DNA of 64,000 nucleotides from Sminthopsis crassicaudata (Eukaryota). Shown piece by piece: positions 10,441-22,049 of this stretch. The notes below the pieces were generated by a model. It saw nothing but the letters and a program-made list of their open reading frames with translations, had not been told where the DNA came from and searched no databases. Location: NCBI RefSeq assembly GCF_048593235.1, contig NC_133619.1:604664558-604728557 (forward strand), given 5' to 3'. Each line of letters opens with the position of its first letter. The stretch's first letter is position 1. A program made the translations under genes and the position numbers.

Positions 10441-13223
10441 ACATACATACATACACACACTCAATAATATAAATGGCTCTCCTTTTCCTCCTAGCTTGCT
10501 TGCTTTTTCCTTCTGGATTCCAATTTCCTTCTCAGTAATGCAAAGATTAGACCAGATCAGGGATTTCTAGCCTTTTTTTTTAGGGGGGAGGGAGGTTAGG
10601 GGAGTATCATGGACTCTTTGGTCAAACTAGTGAAGCCTATGAACCCTTTCTTAGAAAAATGTTTTGTGTTTTTTAAACATATAAAATAAATAAAATAAAA
10701 TAAAAGGGCATATAAAGGAAATCAACTATAGTAAAATATAACTACCAACAGGTTTAAAAACACACATATACACAATGGACAGATCATCTAATCCAAACTC
10801 ATTTTGCAGATGTGGAAACTGAGGTCCAGGGAGGTCAAGTGACTAACTTCACAGAGAGTCAAGAGAAGGAAAAAGCCACATGCCAGGCAACCCACAAGAT
10901 AGGTGCTACTCCCATTTGATAGTTAAAGAAATCGAGGCAAAATGACTTGCTCTGGGTCACTCAGTAAGGTATGTGAGGCTAGATCTGAATCCAAGTCTTT
11001 CTGACTCCAGCACTAGCGCTCTACCCATGGAACCACCAGCTTGATGCCTTTTAGACAGTGAGAGCATCACTGGTAGGGGCTTAAATCTCAGTCTTCAGCC
11101 TTTTAAGGTAGCAATCTTCCCAGTTTCTAAATTCCTTCCCAGCATTATAGAATGCAATACTATGTTTCTCTTAGATCTACCTCCTCAGTTAAATCCCCAT
11201 CAGCTTCTTTATCTCCCCAACTTGTCTCCTTGGAGCTCCTTTCCCCTCCAATCCCATTTAACCTCTCCGAGATGTTACCAGTTAATACCACACACATGAA
11301 TGGAAAGAGAAATGACTCCAGTCCGTGTATGACTTTAAGCAAATTAGTTCTTTCCTCTATGGTTTTCTCTATAGAACTATAGGGTTGGCTTAAATGACCT
11401 ATAAGTCTGACTCCAAATTTCTGACCCTGTGACCACTAAGCCTGAACAAAGGCTGTTTTTGTGGACCTTCCCAAAACCTGTTCCTGGTTCTCCTCCTCCA
11501 GGAAGCCTTTCCTGATTCATCCTAGCTTGTTTCTATTCTCTACTTCCTCCTCACTCTACCCAGCACTGGTTTCTAGAACTTTTTACATTTGGGAAAGTTT
11601 TATTTGTTGGGTTTTGTCCTGAATATACCTTCCCTTTCAGACTGTCCCTGAGGACAGGAGCTTCCCTATAGGCCACTCCAGAGCATTTTAATGAACTTTT
11701 TCATTTAAAAAAAAAAAAAAAAAGTTTTTATACAATTTCTTTCCTTTGCAATACTATGTATTTTATCTTATACATTTAGAATCATGACTGAGAAAGGGTC
11801 TAATGAAAGGTCCATGACAAAAAAGGGTTAGGGAGCTCTAGAAGCTTTTTCTTTAACCCTAATAATAGCAGCCACTAATAGCTAGTAATGCCCATTTTTA
11901 TAGGGCATTAAAAGTTTCAAAAGTACTTTCCCAATTTATCTCATGTTTACCCTCACAATAACCCTGGGAGGTAGGTGCTATTATTTATCACCATCTTACA
12001 GTTAAGGAAACTGAGGCAGACTTGCTCAGAGGCACACAGCTAATATGGGAAACCAAAATTAAACTTGGGTCTTTTGGAGTCCAGGCGAAGCCCAATAGTG
12101 AATGGTATCCAAGATGATATGGGCAAATTGCCTGCTCTTTTTCCCACAGGTTCTGAGCTAGTTTCTTCCTTCTTTCTCAAGTCTCTCCACCTGAGAAATG
12201 GGCCTAATGATAGCCTCCTCCAAATCCCAGTGGCCTTTTGAAGATGAAGGAGATATGATTATATCTATATATTATATTTATTATATAATCTATAATTATA
12301 GTTCAGCTTCCTTCAGCAAGCCCCAAGGGCGGATGGTAAGGAGAGTGGAAAACAGCTAGAATTCTGGGAAGTCTTAATCTAGGAGGCCTGGGTCAATCAA
12401 AATAGGGACAATTAAGCGGGTACAGGTGGCTAAACATCTCTGCCCTCAAGGAGCTTACTTTCCCCCAGGGACAGACCACAAGAACACGTCTGAATACATA
12501 TGTACGGATCAGAATAGCTACAAGGTGCATATCCCAGCATTTACAGGCTGGGATAATAACAGTTTCAGGAATCAGGAAAGGCTTCCATAGGAGAGGACCT
12601 TGAAACGAAGCTTTGCGGGAAACGAGGCAGAGATGAAGACAGAGAGCTAACCTCTCAGTGCCTCAGTTTCTTCATCTGCACAAATGGTCACAAAAATCCC
12701 TCCCCGCCTAGTTCACTGGGTGGTTGGGAAGGAACCGCTCTGCAGACTTTACATTGCTCTACGAATGAATGATTATTTCTGATGAATGTCTATCTGTCTC
12801 TTTAAGAAGGGAAGAGGTGCGGGGTGGGATGGGCCTGCAATTCTGAAACTGGAAGGACCCCAAGAAGAGGTCATAGCGTCCATCCTCGGCCTCCGAGCAA
12901 GGCTGAGGATGCTCTTTTGCCTTCAACACTCACTTCTTCCCCTTCTTCCCAGGGAGGGCTGTAGCTCAGAGTCCCGGAACCCACAACTTCAAGGCTTCCC
13001 ACTTTTGGGACCTTGGGAAGGGCGGTGTAGAGCAGATACTTTCCACCAGTGTCAGGGTATCTAACTTCCTTATATACGCCAGTGTAGACCAGGAACCCCC
13101 ATTCTCCCTCCCCCCCCCCCCGCCCCGATTCCTAGATTAGGATCAGGGCAGAGTCCTTCCTCTCTTCTCCCTCCACCCCCTCAAAGACCCCCACCTCCCA
13201 GCCCAGAGCACTCCTTTACCCAC

Positions 13224-13275
13224 CTCTCAGCCACGCCACCACTGCCCCAGGACCCCAGGACGCCACCGGCTCCAT
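13224..13275 (-). CDS. CNKSR1: CNKSR1 coding exon 1 (MEPVASWGPGAVVAWLR-G; start of SAM domain)
   Basis: ATG at 13275 in context gcaATGG; 52 nt, then donor GTGGGT; translation resembles the recalled human N-terminus MEPVETWTPGKVATWLRG. Confidence 0.95.
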
Positions 13276-13279
13276 TGCG

Positions 13280-13620
13280 AATCCCGGACCGTCCAGCTCA
13301 GAAAATTTCCGGCCCAGAAAGCCAGCGTCCTACCCCGGGTTCGGGGCGGGCGGGGCTGAGCGAGGGGCTGGGCTGGGCAAGCCACATACCTGAGCCCACG
13401 TGGCCGGGCCAGGTGAACATCCCGGCACACTTATTGGTCCAGCCGCCCGCTCTTCAGCCCGAAGAGCCGCCCCCTACCCAGCCCCACCCCACTCCCAACT
13501 CTAGCCTCGGGGGGGGGCGGACGCGGCGGTATCCAGCTGATCCCGTGCAGGCTGAGCCTTTGGACTCCGGACCCCTCGGCTCCGTATTTGCCCTGTTCCT
13601 CTCCATGGGCTGTTGCTCTT
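13280..13620 (-). promoter_or_regulatory. CNKSR1: CpG-rich CNKSR1 promoter / 5' UTR region
   Basis: CpG-dense stretch directly upstream of the ATG, with GC boxes (gggcgggg near 13348), ATTGG (CCAAT on the minus strand) near 13434 and a CAGGTG E-box near 13409. Confidence 0.75.
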
Positions 13621-14345
13621 GGACAGAGCGAGGGTGGGACGCAGAGAAGGGGTCACCGACCCCCCTAAAATAACTCCTTTGACTTACAAAACCCCTTACA
13701 ATTTCGCATGATTTCACACTAAGCCTAAGGAGGAGGAAATTGAGGGTCCGCTAAGAGAAAGGCTTTGCCTTGGGTCGAAACGCCAATTAAGTATCAGGAG
13801 TAGCGACTGCAACCTAGTGCTGACCACTACCCAGGGGAAGCCCAGACAAGGGGAGCCGCCACACAACCACCGAGACCTGACCAGACCAAACCAAATCCAG
13901 AACCCGGGCCTGGAGGGTGTGAGTGCCACCGGAGCTGGGAGAGGGTCCCCGTCCTCACCTGCCCCCCCAAAGCCAGTCCCCTAAAAGTCAATCGAGGTCA
14001 GAAGCCTAATTAATCATGCCCCAAGCATCTCCTGAATGTCTGCTATGTGGCAGGCTGTGGAGGAGGTGGTGATTGAAGAGCTGCTTTGGAATCAGGAAAG
14101 TCTATCACAAGTGTCACCTCTGACACAGGCTGTGACCCTGGGAAGTCACTCCCTAAAACCTGTAAAATGCAGAACAGGGCTTCTAGAAGTGGTGAGGTTC
14201 CCTATTACAGCCAGCTCCCCTCAGCAAGGGAATCACAAATAGACTGGAACCAAAAGTGGTCCCTAAACCCAAGAAACCACGACAAAAATGAAACCAGTCC
14301 GATTCACCAATGGGGTACCTTATCAATGGCACATTCTATCAAGGC

Positions 14346-16240
14346 NNNNNNNNNNNNNNNNNNNNNNNNNNNNNNNNNNNNNNNNNNNNNNNNNNNNNNN
14401 NNNNNNNNNNNNNNNNNNNNNNNNNNNNNNNNNNNNNNNNNNNNNNNNNNNNNNNNNNNNNNNNNNNNNNNNNNNNNNNNNNNNNNNNNNNNNNNNNNNN
14501 NNNNNNNNNNNNNNNNNNNNNNNNNNNNNNNNNNNNNNNNNNNNNNNNNNNNNNNNNNNNNNNNNNNNNNNNNNNNNNNNNNNNNNNNNNNNNNNNNNNN
14601 NNTANNNNNNNNNNNNNNNNNNNNNNNNNNNNNNNNNNNNNNNNNNNNNNNNNNNNNNNNNNNNNNNNNNNNNNNNNNNNNNNNNNNNNNNNNNNNNNNN
14701 NNNNNNNNNNNNNNNNNNNNNNNNNNNNNNNNNNNNNNNNNNNNNNNNNNNNNNNNNNNNNNNNNNNNNNNNNNNNNNNNNNNNNNNNNNNNNNNNNNNN
14801 NNNNNNNNNNNNNNNNNNNNNNNNNNNNNNNNNNNNNNNNNNNNNNNNNNNNNNNNNNNNNNNNNNNNNNNNNNNNNNNNNNNNNNNNNNNNNNNNNNNN
14901 NNNNNNNNNNNNNNNNNNNNNNNNNNNNNNNNNNNNNNNNNNNNNNNNNNNNNNNNNNNNNNNNNNNNNNNNNNNNNNNNNNNNNNNNNNNNNNNNNNNN
15001 NNNNNNNNNNNNNNNNNNNNNNNNNNNNNNNNNNNNNNNNNNTATATATACACACACTCCATATATATTTATATATACACACACACACTCCATATATATT
15101 TATATAATACACACACTCCATATTTATTTATATATACATACACATATACTCCATATATTTATATATACACACACATACTCTATATATATACATGCTCCAT
15201 ATATATACATACATATATACTCCATATATATCTATATACACACATATATTCCATATACATATACTCTCTCTATATTTATATATACACATATATATATACA
15301 TATATTCCATATATATTTATATATACACACACTCCATTTATATTTATATNNNNNNNNNNNNNNNNNNNNNNNNNNNNNNNNNNNNNNNNNNNNNNNNNNN
15401 NNNNNNNNNNNNNNNNNNNNNNNNNNNNNNNNNNNNNNNNNNNNNNNNNNNNNNNNNNNNNNNNNNNNNNNNNNNNNNNNNNNNNNNNNNNNNNNNNNNN
15501 NNNNNNNNNNNNNNNNNNNNNNNNNNNNNNNNNNNNNNNNNNNNNNNNNNNNNNNNNNNNNNNNNNNATATATACACACACTCCATATATATTTATATAT
15601 ACACATATATACTCCACATATATATACACACATACTCCATATATATTTATATATACACACACTCCATTTATATTTATATATNNNNNNNNNNNNNNNNNNN
15701 NNNNNNNNNNNNNNNNNNNNNNNNNNNNNNNNNNNNNNNNNNNNNNNNNNNNNNNNNNNNNNNNNNNNNNNNNNNNNNNNNNNNNNNNNNNNNNNNNNNN
15801 NNNNNNNNNNNNNNNNNNNNNNNNNNNNNNNNNNNNNNNNNNNNNNNNNNNNNNNNNNNNNNNNNNNNNNNNNNNNNNNNNNNNNNNNNNNNNNNNNNNN
15901 NNNNNNNNNNNNNNNNNNNNTGTATGCATACACATATACTCCATATATATTTACATATACACACATACACACTCCATATATATTTATNNNNNNNNNNNNN
16001 NNNNNNNNNNNNNNNNNNNNNNNNNNNNNNNNNNNNNNNNNNNNNNNNNNNNNNNNNNNNNNNNNNNNNNNNNNNNNNNNNNNNNNNNNNNNNNNNNNNN
16101 NNNNNNNNNNNNNNNNNNNNNNNNNNNNNNNNNNNNNNNNNNNNNNNNNNNNNNNNNNNNNNNNNNNNNNNNNNNNNNNNNNNNNNNNNNNNNNNNNNNN
16201 NNNNNNNNNNNNNNNNNNNNNNNNNNNNNNNNNNNNNNNC
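14346..16240. other. Assembly gaps or masked bases (N at 14346-15042, 15350-15567, 15682-15920, 15988-16240)
   Basis: Runs of N. Confidence 0.99.
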
Positions 16241-16272
16241 ACACAGAATATACATACACACACACACATACA
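15043..16272. repeat. Compound TA/CA minisatellite (about tatatacacacacactccatatatatt), broken by N-runs
   Basis: Visible repeated units between the N blocks. Confidence 0.9.
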
Positions 16273-17169
16273 TTTTGTTATTCGTATTATTTCAGAACTG
16301 GTTTCCTGTGTAATCCTTGTTTAGGCTTTTAATATGCATTCTGCTTCTCTAGGATGTCCAGGATTTACAAAAAGACTAAGATTGCCCAGGTAGGGTGACA
16401 TACATACAACCAACATGGCCCCAGAGAAGCACCTAACAGCTATGGTTACAGTGGAATGAGCCCTGAGCTCCTGAATTCAAATCACACTTTATTCTGATGG
16501 CCTCGTCTATAAAAGAGGAAAGAAGGGGAATTGTTCTAAATGGCTTATATACAAATACATATACACATACAGGATTATAAATACATATACAGAATTTCAT
16601 ATACCAAATATGGGGTAGGGGGAGCAATTAAGAACTGTCTTTTCAAGGAGTGGATACTTGAGCTGGGCCTTGAAAAAACCACTTTTTCAAGAGCTCCTGC
16701 TGTTCCCTCCTTTGGCACCAGGGGGTACAAGTGGACCTCACATGGACCAAAAAAAAACCAGACTTGGATTATGATCAATCCAGGTGAAGGAAAGACTTCA
16801 GGTTGCATTCAGAAGATACCAACCTCTGATCCCTGGCAAATGATGTTGCTTTTGGGGGTCCCAGTTTTCTCCTTCATAGAATGGGTATGTTTCTGTAGTC
16901 CTAGAATGGGATTAACACAAGTAGAACTATAAACTCATCCAGGACCAAAATGGGAATTTCCTCTAATCTCCAAAGCTAAGGCTGTTCCTGTAGTTAACCA
17001 ACCTAGTTGGGAAGGAATTCAACATTTATTAAGGGAGAGGGATTGTGACTTAAAGAAAAATGGGGTTGAGGGGCCTGAGTTCAAATACTTAGGGGGCAGT
17101 TGGCAAGGACCTTCTCTTTTCTGGTATTATTTCCTTTTTTGTAAAATGAGGTTGAATTAAACAAATTTG

Positions 17170-19100
17170 GAAGTCAGTCAACGCGCATTTACTATGGGCT
17201 AGGAATTGTACTAAATGCTAGAGTTAGAAAGTCAAAAAACTGCTCTCACAGTGCTAGTTTTTAAATAGCTTACATCCTAACAGAGACAACACAAAAGATA
17301 AATATGGAATATTTGGAAAATAATTTGAAAAGGTACAGCATTAGCAGCTAGGGGAACTGGGACAGGGCTCTGAGAGATGAAGTTTGGGCTGAGCTTTGAT
17401 GGAAGCCAGAGGAGCCAGGAAGTAGAGGTGAGGGGGCTGAGCACACCAGGCATGGGACTAGGGGGACAGGGGGCGCAGCCAATGCAAAGGCCAAGAGGGA
17501 ACATGTAGTAGTGTTCAAGAGCTATAACCAGGATCTGTAGTGAGGGGAGAAAGAGAAAATGAAGGTGTAAGCTGGAAAGGGAAAGAGCCCCAAGTTATGG
17601 GGTTTTATATTTGATCCCGGAAGTAAGAACTCACTGATGAGGTTGAGTTGAATACAGTAAGTACTTTGCTTTAGAAAAATGTTGGGAAAGGGTTATCAAA
17701 CTGTGCATACCCTTTCACCCAGCAGTGTTTCTAGTGGGCTTGCATCCCAAAAAGATCATAAAAGAGGGAAGAGGAACCACGTGTGCAAAAATATTCATGG
17801 CAGCCCTCATCAGTTGGAGAATGGCTAAATAAGTTCTGGGATATGAATGTTATGGAATATTATTGTTCTGAAAGAAACAATTGGCAGGTTGACTTCAGAG
17901 AGCCCTGAGACATTTACATGAACTGATGCTGAGTGAAATGAGCACAATCACATTGTACACAACACAGCAAAATTATATGATGATCAATTCTGACGGACGT
18001 GGCTCTTCAACAAGGAGATGATTGAGGTCAGTTCCAATGGTCTTGTGATGAGGAGAGTCATCTGCATCCAGAGAGAGGACTATAGGGATTGAATATGGAT
18101 CACAAGACAGCATTTTCACCTTTTTTGTTGTTTGCTTGCTTGTTTTTTTCTTTCTCATTTTATTACCTTTTGGATATGATTTTTCTTGTGCAGCATATTT
18201 GTGGAAATATGTATAGAAGAATTGCACATGTTTAACATATATTACATTACTTGCCATCTAGGAGAGGGGGGTGGGAGAGAAAAAATTTGGAACACAGGGT
18301 TTTGCAAGGGTGAATGTTTAAAATTATCCATGAATATATTTTGAAAATAAAAAGATTTAATTAAAAAAAAAAGAAAAGAGAAATGTTGGGAGATGAGGAG
18401 AGAAGGGATTGAAGTGGGAACTTCTTTGAAGATTATTGTAGGAGTCCAATTGAGAGGTGCTGAGGTTCTGGACTTAGGCTTAGTTGTGTGAGTGGGAGTG
18501 GGAAGGAAGGGATATATTCAAGGGACATAGTAAAGGTAGAAACAAGACTTGGTGACTGATTGGTATACAGAGTGTAGAGAATAACAGATTTCTGACTGGG
18601 AGGATAGAGGTGTCCACGATGTCGATGGAAAAATTTAAAATGGGGGAAGATTTATGGAGAAAGATGAGGAATTATTCTGGAAATGTTGAGTTTGAGCTGC
18701 TTATGGGACATCGAATGTAAGCTACTCCAGAGGACGTTGGTGACTTGTTCATCAGAGAGAAGAGAGCTATGTATAAATCTGGGAATCGGCTCCCTAAAGA
18801 TAATAATCCACGAGAACTAAGGAGATTACCAAGAGTAGGATTCAGGACAGGGCATGGGGGACAGCCACAGTTAGAGGGCACGGTGAGAAGAACCAGTAAA
18901 CGTGTGGAAGAACCAGGAGAGAGCAGCATGAAAACCTAGAGGAGACAATGTCCAAAGGAGGTGATCGCCACTATTAAGAGCAATAGCAGAGGTTAAGATA
19001 GACACTGGATGGGGCAAGACTGGTAACTGTGGGGCCAGCAGGTTCAGCTGAATGATGGCGAGGTCAGAAGCCAGATTGCCAGGTTAGAAGAATGGAGGGA
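17170..19100 (-). mobile_element. Old L2 remnant interrupted by a plus-strand L1 3' fragment (about 17700-18370)
   Basis: Purine-rich L2-like text on both sides of an L1 ORF2-end/3'UTR segment that ends in an A-tail. Confidence 0.6.
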
Positions 19101-19440
19101 AAGGAAGGGAAGAGGAAGAGAAAAAGACCAAGCAGAGGGTCTACATCCCACACAGACGAGGTCAAGCCCTGACTCCACATCCTGAGCTTCCTGCCACCGC
19201 GCCGCTGCTGGCAGCCTCTTGGGAGCTTGGACGTCCCACTGCCCCCCTCCTCCCCACCCCAGAGAAGGTCCAGAACAGCGGCCCCAGCAGCAGCAGGGGA
19301 CCCTCTCCAGCCCTGGCCCGGATGAAGCGTCCCCTGCTGGGAGGGAGGTCTCCTTCCGCCTTGGATCCAGGTGCCCGCCTCCCCGAGAGGAAGTGGGGTG
19401 GGCACAAAGGCCTGGTTCCAGCCTGATGCTGATGTCTCTT

Positions 19441-19540
19441 GACAGCTGCCGCCCGAGCTGGCCCAGCAAGGGGAGGGGACCAGATTTAAAGCACTCGCTG
19501 CTGCCCCAGCTGCCTGGGAGTCGTGAGCGGAAAGCCGCAG
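19441..19540 (+). promoter_or_regulatory. ZNF593OS: Candidate ZNF593OS promoter and short non-coding first exon
   Basis: CAGCTG E-box at 19443, TTTAAA at 19485-19490, then strong donor CAG|GTGAGC at 19540/19541; matching acceptor cctag at about 19878 just before the ATG. Confidence 0.5.
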
Positions 19541-19885
19541 GTGAGCATCCTCTCTAGGCATCCATGCCCTTGGTTTGGGGGAGATGAAAGGAGCTCTCCT
19601 GGATTGGGTATGGGGGGGGTGGACGATACAGAGCTGAGCACCCAGTAACAAGGAGAAGAAAGCGGGAGAGACTGTGTGCACACGCACCTGAGTTTGGGGG
19701 GGCAAGGGGTGAGCGAGAAGTGGGGATCTAGGAAGAGGTAGCCCTAAGCATTACTGCCCCCTCCTCCTGACCCAATTTCTACTCTGTGACACTGGAAATG
19801 CCAGCAGGGTTTTCATCCCCCTCCTGCCTCTCGGGACGGCCACCAAGAAATCAGAGCCATCTTTTTCCCCGGACCTAGACCAACT

Positions 19886-19930
19886 ATGCGCTTTGGACGA
19901 CTGACCCCCGGCTACTTTCGAATGCTAGAG
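19886..19930 (+). CDS. ZNF593OS: ZNF593OS microprotein coding exon 1 ([15 protein letters not shown])
   Basis: ATG with A at -3, 45 nt, donor GAG|GTAACT; near match to recalled human [15 protein letters not shown]; absent from the ORF track. Confidence 0.88.
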
Positions 19931-20296
19931 GTAACTTCTCCCCCCTAGCAGCCAGGCTCCCTCCTCCTCCTCCAGCCCCAGCCCGCCACAGTAGAGCCAG
20001 CCAGGCACGTTGCAAGCCGCCTGAGCAGCTGGGCCCCGCATGCTTGCCCTGCAGCACTGATGCGAGAGAGCATCGGCATGGAATGTCCCTGGGACGGAGG
20101 CCATCCTCCTGCCCTTCGGGGGCCCCAGAAAGAAGGGGTGGGGTTACTGGCATCTCCCACTCAGCCCTGCCCTTCAATAAGTCACCCCCACCCCCAACAC
20201 CCCCAGTCTGGATCCTCAAGGCCAGAAGAAAACACCCTGGGGCCTTGGTGGAAAAGGCCCCTCCCAACGCCGCTCCCTTTCTGCCCCATTACCCAG

Positions 20297-20443
20297 ATGC
20301 AAGTGGCTGGGGAGCTGGCGGCAGAGCCCCGGAACAAGCTGGTGGGTGCCTTGGCCACGCTGCTCGCTGTGTTCGGCCTCGGTCTCTCCTTCTACAGCGT
20401 CCGGCAGCTGGCATATCAAGGAAAGTCCCCAAAGACCCCATGA
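20297..20443 (+). CDS. ZNF593OS: ZNF593OS coding exon 2 ([48 protein letters not shown]), single TM helix
   Basis: ttacccag acceptor, phase 0, TGA at 20441-20443; total CDS 192 nt = 63 aa; hydrophobic run [21 protein letters not shown]. Confidence 0.88.
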   Translation: [48 protein letters not shown]

Positions 20444-20646
20444 CAGGACCGGCAGCCCCTGGAAGTCTGGAGGCAGTATCTGTCTCACCCAAAATCCAGA
20501 GGAAGCCCTCTTCCTGCCTTTGCTATCACTTTCCCTCCCCCTTCCCAGTGGAGGGCGGCCCCAGCAGGCTGGGAGGCCAAGGGAGAAAAGATGGGGCTCG
20601 GGAGCATCCATGCCGACCTAGGCTGGAGACGTGGGAGCCCTGATGG

Positions 20647-20652
20647 AATAAA
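20647..20652 (+). terminator. ZNF593OS: Poly(A) signal AATAAA, probably for ZNF593OS
   Basis: Canonical hexamer about 200 nt after the stop codon. Confidence 0.65.
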
Positions 20653-20848
20653 CCTGGAAACCTGCGAGGTGCAGGGAGAAGCCTGGGGCTCCGTCTGGTG
20701 ACGCGCGTCCGTGGCAGAGGGAGCGGGAGGGGGTTCAGCAGGGTCCCCGCGAGCAAGCACAGAGACATGGGGCAGAGGAGCTCTGGGGGGGGGCAAGCAT
20801 CGCCTCCGACGGAAGTCAGACCCGAGGGAGACAGAGCAGCTCGGCTCC

Positions 20849-20854
20849 TTTATT
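20849..20854 (-). terminator. ZNF593: Poly(A) signal AATAAA (minus strand) for ZNF593
   Basis: TTTATT on plus, about 85 nt past the ZNF593 stop. Confidence 0.75.
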
Positions 20855-20937
20855 GGGAAAGAGCAGGAACTGCTCTGGGAATGGGGGGGGGGGGGTACAG
20901 TCCAGCCAGTCCAGTCCAGCATCGCCCGCGAGCAGCA

Positions 20938-21079
20938 TCAACCAGCCACCTCCATGGCAGCCGCGTCCGTGGATACGTCTGCGGGCACTGCCAGCAACCT
21001 GGGGGGCACGTAGGACCCCATGCCTGCTGCCCGCTCCGCCTCTTCCTGACTGTAGGGCTCCACTGTCAGCTGCTTCAGC
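20938..21079 (-). CDS. ZNF593: ZNF593 exon 3 ([26 protein letters not shown]...MEVAG*)
   Basis: tctcccccag acceptor, phase 2, TGA at 20940-20938; contains the conserved [14 protein letters not shown] motif. Confidence 0.95.
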
Positions 21080-21233
21080 CTGGGGGAGAAAAGCACCAGA
21101 GGTAAAGGAGGGCCAGGAAAGGGGACCAGGGAGGGGAGCCGGGGGGAGAGACTGTCTGGAGAGAAAGGAGAAATGCTGTGGGGGAGGGGAGGAGGGGAAC
21201 ACGAGACCACAGAGGGAGCCACCCCGCTCTCAC

Positions 21234-21296
21234 CTTTTTTTGTGATCTTTGGATTTTAAATGATTCTTCAGGCTGGCCGTGTCAATGAAGTATCTC
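21234..21296 (-). CDS. ZNF593: ZNF593 exon 2 ([21 protein letters not shown]; second half of C2H2 finger)
   Basis: cccccccag acceptor, GTGAGA donor, 63 nt, phase 2-2. Confidence 0.95.
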
Positions 21297-22049
21297 CTGG
21301 GGGGGCGGGATGTGTCTGTGAGGCCCTTCCCCTCCCTGTTCATCCTCCCAGAAGCGCTGGGAACTGAGGACCTCAAAACTGACCTTTCACCTCCTAGCCT
21401 CCTCTCCTCCCTGACCTAGGACCCAGTGCCTGAGCCTCCACCCCCACTTCTCCAGCTGTTTCCCAGAGCCTTGTCCTCTGCTCCTCAACGACCACATGCG
21501 CCCAACCCCACAACCTTTTAGGCCCCGGGCCCCATTTCCCAGCCCTCAGCTCTGCCCCCAAGTTCTCCACTTCCCAACCCCCACTTCTTCACGAGGTCCC
21601 CACTTCCTAATCCCTGGAGCCTCTAACTCCTCGTCCCCACTTCCCAGGCCCCCCAGCCTCTACCTCTTAGCTTCCTATTTTCCAACTCTCTATGAACTTC
21701 CACTTCCGGGTTCCTACGCACCCCCTGGCTTCTACCCCCCAGTCCCCGCTTCCCAGTCCCGAGAGGCTGGGTCCGGTCTCCACCCCCTAGTTCCTCCCGC
21801 CCAGCCCCCTCAGCCTCTCCAGAGGTCCCCACTTCCTAGTCTCACCGGGTTCTGTCCCGTAGACCCTCACTTCCGAATGTCTCTCTACCTGCTAGTTTCC
21901 CATTTTCCAACTATCTATGAAGTTCCACCTCCAGGTCCCTACTCCCTAACCTCCCGGCCTCTGCACACAGGGCCCCCACTCCCCAGCCCCGCCCCCCAGC
22001 CTCCACTCAGGGCCCCCCCCATCCCCGCCCCCGCCCCGCCCCAGTCTCT

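Noticed and set aside
14086-16332. Long ORFs of 250-748 aa in the ORF track
   Set aside because: They are artefacts of translating N-runs and TA/CA repeats
16350-16395. Mini-exon-like ATGTCCAGG...GCCCAG|GTAGGG (MSRIYKKTKIAQ)
   Set aside because: Too short, with no recognisable homology or linked exons; expected by chance
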